From positions 21,269-85,268 of the IMG/VR virus record IMGVR_UViG_3300008267_000016: 64,000 bases of DNA; one strand, 5' to 3'. The notes below the pieces were generated by a model. That model saw only the letters and a list, made by a program, of their open reading frames with translations. It was not told the DNA's origin and ran no database searches. Shown piece after piece: positions 26,683 through 34,854 of the stretch. A program made the translations under genes and the position numbers. Each line of letters begins with the position of its first letter. The first letter of the stretch is position 1. Source of the DNA: a virus.

Positions 26683-29434
26683 GTTTTTGAAAAGCTGTGT
26701 CCCAACGAGTGCTGTTCATGTCCTGAGCGAACTCCACGGGTGAGGGCAGTCGATCAGGTCCTTTAGCTGCGCGATCGGATTGTAAGTCAAAAGCTTTGAT
26801 CCGAAGCCCCTTTATACCAGGAATGCCGTCATTTAACACTACTTTTACGTTTGGTATTTTCAGAATGTTCGTCATAGCTTCTTTAGTCCGTTCAACAAAA
26901 CGATGTTTTGCTGCGGGCTTATAACCACACGATTTGCAGAAGTTGGCATAGCTCGGATAAAGAGCACCGTAAGCATTAGCTACATACATACCTTTTTCCG
27001 CTTCGTCAGTGTTTGGCTTCCGGGCACCTTGTCCTACAGGGGCGATGCTGTTGGGTGCGTACAAACAGCAATCGTGGAGCCACGCAACAAACTGATTGTT
27101 GAAGAGAAGTGCTTCGATGTTTGTTTTATTGAGCGAAGGCACGTGTTTTGTGGGGTTTGCCAGGACATCCTTCATCGTTGCGTAAGGCATCGATAAAGCC
27201 CACGTGACAATGCCGCTCATCTCTGGAACAAAAGCCCCTTCGATGCGATCGTCAAAGACGCTGATAAGTTCTTTACGCAGACTGGGATCTACGACCTTAT
27301 CCATAACGATTGTTAAGCGCCGACGCTCTAGGCCGCTGCTCGAATCGTTTGATGTGATGTGTTCGTTACTCGCGATACAGACCAAACATTCAGGCTTGAA
27401 GCTGATGATCTCTTTTCCATACTTTCTTTCTGCACGCAGTGTGTCCGAAGCTGACGTCAGCTTCTTGAGGACATCCATCCGCCGGTTGTAGTTGGATTCA
27501 TCAGTCAGGAGCAGAAGCTTCTTTCCAATCAGGTTGTAGCTTTCAAATTTATTAGTTTCAATGACCTCCAAGCTTGACGTGTGAGTGCCGTGGAAACCAG
27601 CGAGAGCCACCATGAGCTGCTGCATCGTTGACTTGCCTGTACCGCCTGGGCCAACCAAGTGCAGGAATCTCTCACCAGCTGTGTAGCCAGTCAGGAGTGC
27701 TCGTGCGAAAGCCTGGATTAAAACTTCTTGCCCTTTATCCAGCGCAGAAGTGATCCAGCGCATAAACTCAGGACACTGAGCTTTGGCATCGTACTCATAG
27801 GGTAGTTTGTGACGCAGATAAAGCTCTTTATGCCGACCTTCTTCAAACTCCAGAGTCGTTGTATCTAGTACACCATTTCGGAAAGGAATATAGCCACGGG
27901 CTTTTGTCCAGATACTGCGACGACCTCCGTCAGCCGAACGGAGCAGCTTGGCTTTCAGGATCGAAAACACGCTGTTAATCATGGCCGCGTTGTACTTTGA
28001 GAGCACACCAGCAGTCACGAACGAATCAAGAGCTTTTACGATTCTGCGCTTTATGTGCTGCTCATCCTGGTGATACCAGATGTCTTGATCTTCATCGTAG
28101 TGATAGAACTGATCTAAATAGCTGTCGTATATAAACTGATCGCCTTGGTTGGTGACGATGATATCAGCAACGTCATTCTCAGAGAATTCTCTATTTCTAG
28201 TCCCACCTTGAAGGTTTACAAGTTGCGTGGGTGTCGAAGGAGTGCTCATGTCTTCAGTTTTCTGTTTAGTTTTTGTTGTTGATTTTGATGTTGTTATCTC
28301 AGGTGTACTGAGATCAAATTCAGACATATCGAGCACAGCGTTTACAGCTGCTTCTCGTTTTGCTTGAGCTAGTGCTTCTTTGACTTCATCAGAAGCGTGT
28401 GTGTCAAAAACAGATCGGCTGATACGCCTGATCTTTTTCCAAGTGCCGAGCTCTCCAAGCTCCGACGCCAGGGCTACGGCAGGTAATAGCTCCTCTGGAT
28501 TCCGGATGGAGTTGAGGATTCGATCGAACTTGCCATCGATGTCGTGCGGGTAACCATATATGTTATAGAACGCACGATGCGCCACTGTCAAGGGTGAAAC
28601 GCATAAAGCGATTTTATTTGACTCACACCAGTTCGACCACCCTAAAAGTTCCTTGAAAACAGCAGCCATGGTGGAGCTGCGATCTCCGACCTCCTCTCCC
28701 TCCAGCACGGACCGGACCGTGTTTGAAACGAGCCTCTCCAGATCCATCCCGTTTTCTCGGATGGTTACCTTATTTAAAAACTCAGAGGGATCCCCACCTA
28801 GATCAGTTTCATCTGGGGGCAGTGCCGCAAATGCCCTGATGGCTTCCGAGATTTTTTCCTTGGGAATGTATTTACCAGGCGTTGCGAAGATAGCTTCTTT
28901 ATTTTTTGGTCCGTAAAAAAGATTCGGTACCGTTGTTGCTCGAACGTCGGAACCAGGAATCTGAGAATATATCTGCTTACAGAACCACTGGTAGAAACTT
29001 GGATTGATGACCGTAGTTTCTAACCCAAAAACCAATCGGAAGCGAGGCCAGTTTTCCCGCGTGGACGGCGAGTAATACCCAAGCGTTAGATATTTTTTAC
29101 AGATATCAAGTTCAAGAGCTTGTTCAACAGTTAGCTCTTGCTTTTGTACTTTGTTACCGTCTTGATCTTTATGGTCTGCCTGGTTATCAATATCGACAAT
29201 AATCAGTCCAGCTTTTATAACACCAGTTGAGTTTCTCTGTCTTTTACCATCTTGTAAATGCCAGGCACATAAACCCGCTTGCTGACCCAACACCGAAGCC
29301 AGTTCACCCGTGGTGAGCTCGCAAGCATCCCAGTTCGAGTTGAACGCAGAGAAGTTGCCACCGTCAGCGATCTTGCCCAGCTCGGGATGGAGGTGAGGGA
29401 CCACCCCGAGGTTTACAGAGCAAATGAACTTCAT
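26663..29434 (-). CDS. Primase-helicase (primase N-terminus plus D5/P4-family SF3 helicase)
   Basis: DID and RFRLVF primase motifs; IPFRNGVL, GPGGTGKST Walker A, LLTDE, IASN, RRRL. Confidence 0.92.
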   Translation of the reverse strand: MKFICSVNLGVVPHLHPELGKIADGGNFSAFNSNWDACELTTGELASVLGQQAGLCAWHLQDGKRQRNSTGVIKAGLIIVDIDNQADHKDQDGNKVQKQELTVEQALELDICKKYLTLGYYSPSTRENWPRFRLVFGLETTVINPSFYQWFCKQIYSQIPGSDVRATTVPNLFYGPKNKEAIFATPGKYIPKEKISEAIRAFAALPPDETDLGGDPSEFLNKVTIRENGMDLERLVSNTVRSVLEGEEVGDRSSTMAAVFKELLGWSNWCESNKIALCVSPLTVAHRAFYNIYGYPHDIDGKFDRILNSIRNPEELLPAVALASELGELGTWKKIRRISRSVFDTHASDEVKEALAQAKREAAVNAVLDMSEFDLSTPEITTSKSTTKTKQKTEDMSTPSTPTQLVNLQGGTRNREFSENDVADIIVTNQGDQFIYDSYLDQFYHYDEDQDIWYHQDEQHIKRRIVKALDSFVTAGVLSKYNAAMINSVFSILKAKLLRSADGGRRSIWTKARGYIPFRNGVLDTTTLEFEEGRHKELYLRHKLPYEYDAKAQCPEFMRWITSALDKGQEVLIQAFARALLTGYTAGERFLHLVGPGGTGKSTMQQLMVALAGFHGTHTSSLEVIETNKFESYNLIGKKLLLLTDESNYNRRMDVLKKLTSASDTLRAERKYGKEIISFKPECLVCIASNEHITSNDSSSGLERRRLTIVMDKVVDPSLRKELISVFDDRIEGAFVPEMSGIVTWALSMPYATMKDVLANPTKHVPSLNKTNIEALLFNNQFVAWLHDCCLYAPNSIAPVGQGARKPNTDEAEKGMYVANAYGALYPSYANFCKSCGYKPAAKHRFVERTKEAMTNILKIPNVKVVLNDGIPGIKGLRIKAFDLQSDRAAKGPDRLPSPVEFAQDMNSTRWDTAFQKHDPVKP

Positions 29435-29536
29435 GGGTTGTCGCTGAGCGCTTCTAGTATGACCTGGTTTGGGGCTTTTGGAACCGAAGAAATGCTGAAG
29501 AACCCAGAGCCCGCCTGCCTTCCGGTGCGATTGATT

Positions 29537-30316
29537 CTACGCTGCCGGGTTTAGTTCGTAGTACTGTTTGACAACTTGGAACCAACTTTCTTCGTCTTTT
29601 TCTATTTCTTCGCCTCCAAATGTAAATATCTGAGTGTTGAATTCTTTGATTGCCGTAGTGACAATAATTTGTGTTTTACTAATTTTAATCCCCAAGCAAG
29701 CTTCTGCGGCTGCTTTATAAGCTGCTAGCTGCAGTCTGGTCTTCTTTGTTTTAAATACTCCGGAAATTAGAGCCTTTCGAGTTCTTTCGTCGATGTTTTG
29801 ATTTTTGTTCGGGAATCTAGCTGAGTAGGGTCCGTTACTCGTCTTGAAGTCGGCGAGGACAATCTCAGCGTTTGCGTTCATGTAAATCAAATCGCAGCAG
29901 CCGGCATACCCGTGCCCTGTTTTCTCATCGTAATAATGAATACGACCGACACCATCATCACCAACGTATCTAGCCCAGCGTGGTTGATTAAAAGGTTTTT
30001 CAGACCACAGCACTCGACCACCTTCTAAAAGGTTATCCAGGAGCTCTGGCACTCCGTCCCAATATGGTTTGTACTGCTCTGATGGTATTACGCGAAGACC
30101 CCTCAAATAATCTTCTACGCTGTTGTGAATCCAAGTTCCTCTAGTAGCAGCTGCATCAGCAGCTCCTGGATTTAACGCATTCCAGTGAGCCAGCTTTGCC
30201 CGCGTGGCTTCTGTTTGAGTAGCGCTGAGAATAGAAGTGACTGAAGGTAGAGGTTTGGGTACGCCGTTACAAACGTAGTGCCTTAAACCATTAACCGTTA
30301 CGCGTGTATCGGACAC
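29537..30316 (-). CDS. PD-(D/E)xK exonuclease
   Basis: LPSVTSIL, RGTWIH, YAG.CD, DFKTS, QLAAY. Confidence 0.9.
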   Translation of the reverse strand: MSDTRVTVNGLRHYVCNGVPKPLPSVTSILSATQTEATRAKLAHWNALNPGAADAAATRGTWIHNSVEDYLRGLRVIPSEQYKPYWDGVPELLDNLLEGGRVLWSEKPFNQPRWARYVGDDGVGRIHYYDEKTGHGYAGCCDLIYMNANAEIVLADFKTSNGPYSARFPNKNQNIDERTRKALISGVFKTKKTRLQLAAYKAAAEACLGIKISKTQIIVTTAIKEFNTQIFTFGGEEIEKDEESWFQVVKQYYELNPAA

Positions 30317-30342
30317 AATAAAGGTGTCAATTCTTTCTCAGC

Positions 30343-30699
30343 TTAGAATGAACTTGAGATCATAGTTCCTTCGTCTTCATCTTCATCATCTTCGTCGTCA
30401 CCACCGAGGAAGAATTCTTGTTTTTGATACTGATAGTCTCTATTACGCTGCTCGAGCTCAGACATTAGGCACAGTGCCGCAGAGAAACTTTCTATAGTGA
30501 TGTCTGCACACTCCTCTGCTGTGCGTGCGTTGCCCTGGTAATCAACACACTCAGTTAAAAGCTGCTGACCCACAAGCAACGCACTGATCTTATCTAATAA
30601 GATGTTCTGTTCTTTTTGAAGTTCAATTAAATGATCGAGCTGCTTGTACAGACGCTTGCTCACAGCTTTAAGTCTTGAGGGCGGTGCCAGCCTACTTCG
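30343..30699 (-). CDS. Hypothetical protein with acidic tail (start uncertain)
   Basis: Coiled-coil followed by DDEDDEDEDE. Confidence 0.6.
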   Translation of the reverse strand, partial: RSRLAPPSRLKAVSKRLYKQLDHLIELQKEQNILLDKISALLVGQQLLTECVDYQGNARTAEECADITIESFSAALCLMSELEQRNRDYQYQKQEFFLGGDDEDDEDEDEGTMISSSF

Positions 30700-31196
30700 A
30701 AATCTATTTGTGTATTGACAGCAGCTGCTCCTGCTTTTTGAAAAACAAACCACGCAGACGTCACAGGATCTTTTGCAGTTGTACCATCGGCACGAAATGA
30801 AGGCCGAGGACTCAAGATCTTAATGTTTGTGAGAGATGAATCTTGTAAGAAATCTTCTCGTGCCCGTGTGGGCTCCAAGAACGTTAAACGATCTAAGATG
30901 CACACACCTTTTCTAGAGATCTGGAGTCCACACTCTGTTATCCACTTCGTGTAGTCTTTCATACCTTGTGTAATTGCTATCGTCCAGTCCACACTGTTTT
31001 TGTGCGTAGCCCACCAGTCAAGATCAACTAGGTTCTCTTCGTTATCGTTTGACTTGATATCTGTTATTCCTTTCTTTCTGATCTGTTTTTCGAGCTGCCC
31101 ACTGAAGTCGCAAGGCAGTAAAACCACACCTTCGATCAGATTGCTGTTCCCGATAGGATCAAAGATATAACGAGGAACGGTGTAGAAGTTGGACAT
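30660..31196 (-). CDS. DNA methyltransferase homolog, catalytic motifs degenerate
   Basis: FYT.P, RLTFLEPT..R..FL, PRPSF, D.VT.AWFV family motifs; ITNPPF position reads IAITQG. Confidence 0.6.
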   Translation of the reverse strand: MSNFYTVPRYIFDPIGNSNLIEGVVLLPCDFSGQLEKQIRKKGITDIKSNDNEENLVDLDWWATHKNSVDWTIAITQGMKDYTKWITECGLQISRKGVCILDRLTFLEPTRAREDFLQDSSLTNIKILSPRPSFRADGTTAKDPVTSAWFVFQKAGAAAVNTQIDFEVGWHRPQDLKL

Positions 31197-31428
31197 GTCA
31201 AAAGGGCTGCTGGATAAACTTAAGTCACACTTGACTCTTGAGCAGAGTTTTACGCACCGTGCGTTTCTAGATGGGTTTGAAAAGCTGAACCCGCAAGAAG
31301 CTCGCGAGGTTCTTGAGATTGTATATGCAAACTACCTAATTCGAGGCAAGCTACTCGAGAAGATCATAGATTATTGTGTTGCGTATGGTGTTTACTTACC
31401 TTCGTTTGGTGATCTTATAGACATGTAA
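31195..31428 (+). CDS. nblA: NblA-like phycobilisome degradation adaptor
   Basis: LTLEQSF..RAF......L.PQEARE.L...Y....IR..L matches the NblA helix-loop-helix pattern. Confidence 0.7.
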   Translation: MSKGLLDKLKSHLTLEQSFTHRAFLDGFEKLNPQEAREVLEIVYANYLIRGKLLEKIIDYCVAYGVYLPSFGDLIDM

Positions 31429-31432
31429 CCAC

Positions 31433-31470
31433 AAAAAAGGACGCTGTAGTAGCGCCCTTTAGTGATTTTT
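31433..31470. terminator. Bidirectional intrinsic terminator between convergent genes
   Basis: A-run, GGACGCT...AGCGCCC stem, T-rich run. Confidence 0.55.
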
Positions 31471-31484
31471 TGATGACTAACTGG

Positions 31485-32315
31485 TCAGAAGTCCAGACCT
31501 GCTGCTTGGAGAGCTGCTTTCTGTTCTTCCGTCAGATCCTTTTTGGCAGTTGCCTTTTTGGGAGCCGGCGGTTCCGTGGCCTCAGGCTTAGCTCCTGGTG
31601 TTCCGGCGCCAGCTGGCAGAGCTGACAACCCAGCCGGAGCTGCGCCTTCGAGACGTTTGGGGTTCGCTTCTATAAAGGCTTCTTTAATCGCCCCGTGATC
31701 TTCCCCCAGAGGAAGCTCAACCAGATTCGAACCGGGGATAGAAGAACGTAGTGCAGATGCCACCAGATCTCCTGAGCCAGCGTCAAGCCACGCTGCAATA
31801 TCCTCGATGAGTTTGCGCTCTTCGTCAGTTTGTGCGGGCCGATCTTTGAATTCCAGCGCGTTGTAATTAATCTTGGCTCCATCGGCCCCCGTCATCGGGT
31901 CCCTCTCGTTGAAGGACTTCTGAACGAATTTAGTCGATGTGATTACCTCACCAACGTTAATCCGATTGTTGTAGAGCGTCTGGAAGTAGGAGATAAAGTT
32001 CTTTTGACTCGATTTACCGCTGATGATGCTAGTACATACGCAGCGTGGAGGAAGCAGACGATGAGAAGGTGTGACACCAATGTAACTAATACGAATAAAC
32101 TCTTCATGCGACCGCATACCGAGGTTACCGAAATACGGCGTGAACCCAAGAAGGATGAATTCAATCGGTATACCGTTGTCGTTGGAGTCCGTGATGGCCG
32201 CATCAGGGTCAGTATCGGATTTCCAACGGCGTGCTTGAAGATCGATTCGGAGCGTGTGAGGCGGGATTTGGCAGAGAATTTCATCAGCCGAAAATTTGCC
32301 AGCAATAAAAACCAT
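31485..32315 (-). CDS. Putative ssDNA-binding/annealing protein
   Basis: Adjacent to SSB; low-complexity linker and GLDF terminus. Confidence 0.45.
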   Translation of the reverse strand: MVFIAGKFSADEILCQIPPHTLRIDLQARRWKSDTDPDAAITDSNDNGIPIEFILLGFTPYFGNLGMRSHEEFIRISYIGVTPSHRLLPPRCVCTSIISGKSSQKNFISYFQTLYNNRINVGEVITSTKFVQKSFNERDPMTGADGAKINYNALEFKDRPAQTDEERKLIEDIAAWLDAGSGDLVASALRSSIPGSNLVELPLGEDHGAIKEAFIEANPKRLEGAAPAGLSALPAGAGTPGAKPEATEPPAPKKATAKKDLTEEQKAALQAAGLDF

Positions 32316-32324
32316 GATTGTTAA

Positions 32325-32972
32325 TCAGAGAGAGAAGTCCAGTGATCCGAGAGCAGCCGTAGAGACGCGACCTTTATCGGGGTCTGCCGCTTTGGCGGGA
32401 GCAGCTTTTTTGCTGCGAGGCAGGTAGAGAATTTTCTCCACACCGTAATTAAGATACTTGCGATCTTCCTTTTCGGAAGTACTTACGCGACCCACAGCAA
32501 TAGTCGGTGTGCCTGGCGCAAGTTCGGCAAGTTGAGTTGAAAGGCTGTCCCAAGCTGTCAGCTTGAACCAAGCGGTTTCACCTTTTTCATCTTGCCAGGC
32601 CAGCGAACGGTTGGTTACTGTGTTGTCACCGAGCTGAGTTTCTTCAGTCGCAGGACCGAGGCCACCTGTGGAGATGAACAGGTTTACTGCCAGCAGGTCA
32701 TCCCAGTTCTTGTCTGTAACAACCAACATGGGCTGCATCTGTAACACTCCATCCGGTGTTGTCTTGGTTGGCCCAATCGCAAGGATCGTTTGATTTTCTT
32801 CGAGAGTCTTGAGGATCTTGCCAACGTAATGATCCTCCTTCATTGAGAGCTGGACCTTCGTGGCTACCCGCTTGTCGCTAGAAGGAAGGGATTCAGCGAG
32901 TACGTGTGTGATTTTGTTTTCGTCGGTGTCGGCGCCATCAGTGACGCGGAGCCCGAGTGTGAAGATGTTCAC
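32325..32972 (-). CDS. ssb: Single-stranded DNA-binding protein (tandem OB-fold-like)
   Basis: ETAWFKLTAW...LA.L.PG....AVGRV OB motif; LDFSL tail. Confidence 0.7.
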   Translation of the reverse strand: MNIFTLGLRVTDGADTDENKITHVLAESLPSSDKRVATKVQLSMKEDHYVGKILKTLEENQTILAIGPTKTTPDGVLQMQPMLVVTDKNWDDLLAVNLFISTGGLGPATEETQLGDNTVTNRSLAWQDEKGETAWFKLTAWDSLSTQLAELAPGTPTIAVGRVSTSEKEDRKYLNYGVEKILYLPRSKKAAPAKAADPDKGRVSTAALGSLDFSL

Positions 32973-33495
32973 GGTTTAACGTCCGGTAAATCGTTGAGCG
33001 ATGTACGTTGAGTGCCTTGGCGATTTCCCTAGCAGGGACGCCCTGGCTGGAGAAGGCTAGTACCAAATTCACGTCCGCGTCCCCTAGTTTTGAGGCCTTC
33101 ATTTTTTTGTAAGAATTGTGGTAAGGGTTTACACACAATGGGTTTGAGCATGACGGTTTGACACAACCATCTTTATTTATTTCTAAGTAATCTAAAATCA
33201 GTGGACGCACGTAATATTTCTGTTTCAGAGCATAGATGACGGGAGACTTGTTGCAAAACCTGCCCCACCACTCATCACACTCTTCGTGCTTGAAATCGCT
33301 CGTAGCCAGCCGCCTGAATAAATAGGACAACTTGCTTTCTTTTACGCTCTTGTACGTCAGAGCAAACGTATCTGCCTGTAGAGCTCTGGCTATATCGGAG
33401 GATTGCGCTTGCGCGTGGCCAGCGTCATTCGCGGCTAAAGCTATTTCTAAAGTGCTGTCTGCCTTACCTAGTACCAAGCAATAACTAGTAGACAT
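32938..33495 (-). CDS. HNH/His-Cys box-like domain plus HTH
   Basis: C.EW.G, CSNPLCVNPYH, GVPAREIAKALNVHRSTIYR. Confidence 0.75.
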   Translation of the reverse strand: MSTSYCLVLGKADSTLEIALAANDAGHAQAQSSDIARALQADTFALTYKSVKESKLSYLFRRLATSDFKHEECDEWWGRFCNKSPVIYALKQKYYVRPLILDYLEINKDGCVKPSCSNPLCVNPYHNSYKKMKASKLGDADVNLVLAFSSQGVPAREIAKALNVHRSTIYRTLNREHLHTRAPRH

Positions 33496-33668
33496 CGTTT
33501 GGCTGGAAGTCGGCCGCCTCCAAGATACGCCTGCGGTCTTCCTCGTTAGCCGCGAAGATTGGATAAAGATTCAGCCATCTGCCGAACCTACCTTCCAACA
33601 GCTTTTTAAAAAGTTTCACTATCCTCTTTCCGATAACTACTCAAGCGTAAACGCTCAGACGCTCGGCG

Positions 33669-33932
33669 TCACTGCTTTGGCTTTTCGATCGTTCTGAAAC
33701 CTGTAAATACAGGGGCTGCAGCTTTGGGTCCCTGTTTCTCTTCAAAGGTTTTAAAACCAGTAAATACTTTTGCGGCTTCTGTCCCACCCACAGACCTAGG
33801 CCCCGTGGGAGCCGCCTCAGTTCTCTTTGCAGGGGACCGAAGCTCTGGGTAGTAGTCCAAAAGGACTGAGGAGGTGTTTCCGGAATTACCTAAGGAAATT
33901 CCGAAGTAATCACCTGCGTATCTGGTTGCCAT
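33669..33932 (-). CDS. Small protein with duplicated VFTGF(K/R)T.E motif
   Basis: Internal repeat; N-terminal RYAGDYFG. Confidence 0.6.
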   Translation of the reverse strand: MATRYAGDYFGISLGNSGNTSSVLLDYYPELRSPAKRTEAAPTGPRSVGGTEAAKVFTGFKTFEEKQGPKAAAPVFTGFRTIEKPKQ

Positions 33933-33957
33933 CTATGGAGACCTCAGTCCTTAGATT

Positions 33958-34854
33958 CTACTTATTTTCTATAAAAAACCTCTTAAGGTCAAACCCTGGA
34001 CCTACCGTACCCTTTAGAACACGCATAGTCATTTTAGCTTTTTCGTGACATGTAAAATACATAGCTTTTTCTTTGTTTGATGTGTAGCTTACTAAGTTGC
34101 GCCTTTCTTTATCTAAGCACTCACTTACATACATCGAGTCTTTAATAATTACCCACACTTCTTGGAAACGCAGGAGCGGCATCGCCTTGGTCTCGTCGAG
34201 TGTGTACAGTCTCGACCTTAAGGTTACCTTTTTATTAGTTTTCTTGACTACACATTTTGTAGTTTCTTTTGTCTTTTTTTTGGTTTCTTTACAATCTTGC
34301 TCTATCGGGTTTTCCAATAGCCTCTTGAGGTTTCGTGCTTTGTTAGCTGCCTCTAGTGCACTCGAAAAAACATCAGACGTGAAGCAGATTCCGTTAGTTG
34401 TACGGGCACAACCGACGTAACCGTTTTCCGTTTTTGCGGTGAATACTTCTTTATCTTCAACGACCTGCAAGTTAAAGATAGTCACAGAAGTTGTCGACTT
34501 CTTTTTACTTTGCTTGGGGACTACATCTACTTTTATTGGCTTCTCTAGTTCTTGTGCAACGACAGAAGCCTCGTGGACCTTCAAGCGATTCTGTTCGTGT
34601 TCAGTCGTCGATTTCATCCCATCCCACAGGATCGAAGCAAAATGCCTCCTGTCTCCTCTTTTGTTTGTTTTGACAAATACTTCTTTCACTGTCCCTAGCC
34701 GCGTGTTGTTCACGTAGCCAGCAATCTTGTCCTTAAGCTTTTGATCAGAGAACTCACTGTAGCAAGTGATGTTCTTGATACCCAGTGTGACTCGATCACC
34801 AATTTTGAGCTTGCTTGGTGAGAGGGGACGTTCGCGCTTTTTGGTGTTACTCAT
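33958..34854 (-). CDS. Hypothetical basic multidomain protein
   Basis: Coupled to polA; SH3/KOW-like KIGDRV start. Confidence 0.65.
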   Translation of the reverse strand: MSNTKKRERPLSPSKLKIGDRVTLGIKNITCYSEFSDQKLKDKIAGYVNNTRLGTVKEVFVKTNKRGDRRHFASILWDGMKSTTEHEQNRLKVHEASVVAQELEKPIKVDVVPKQSKKKSTTSVTIFNLQVVEDKEVFTAKTENGYVGCARTTNGICFTSDVFSSALEAANKARNLKRLLENPIEQDCKETKKKTKETTKCVVKKTNKKVTLRSRLYTLDETKAMPLLRFQEVWVIIKDSMYVSECLDKERRNLVSYTSNKEKAMYFTCHEKAKMTMRVLKGTVGPGFDLKRFFIENK

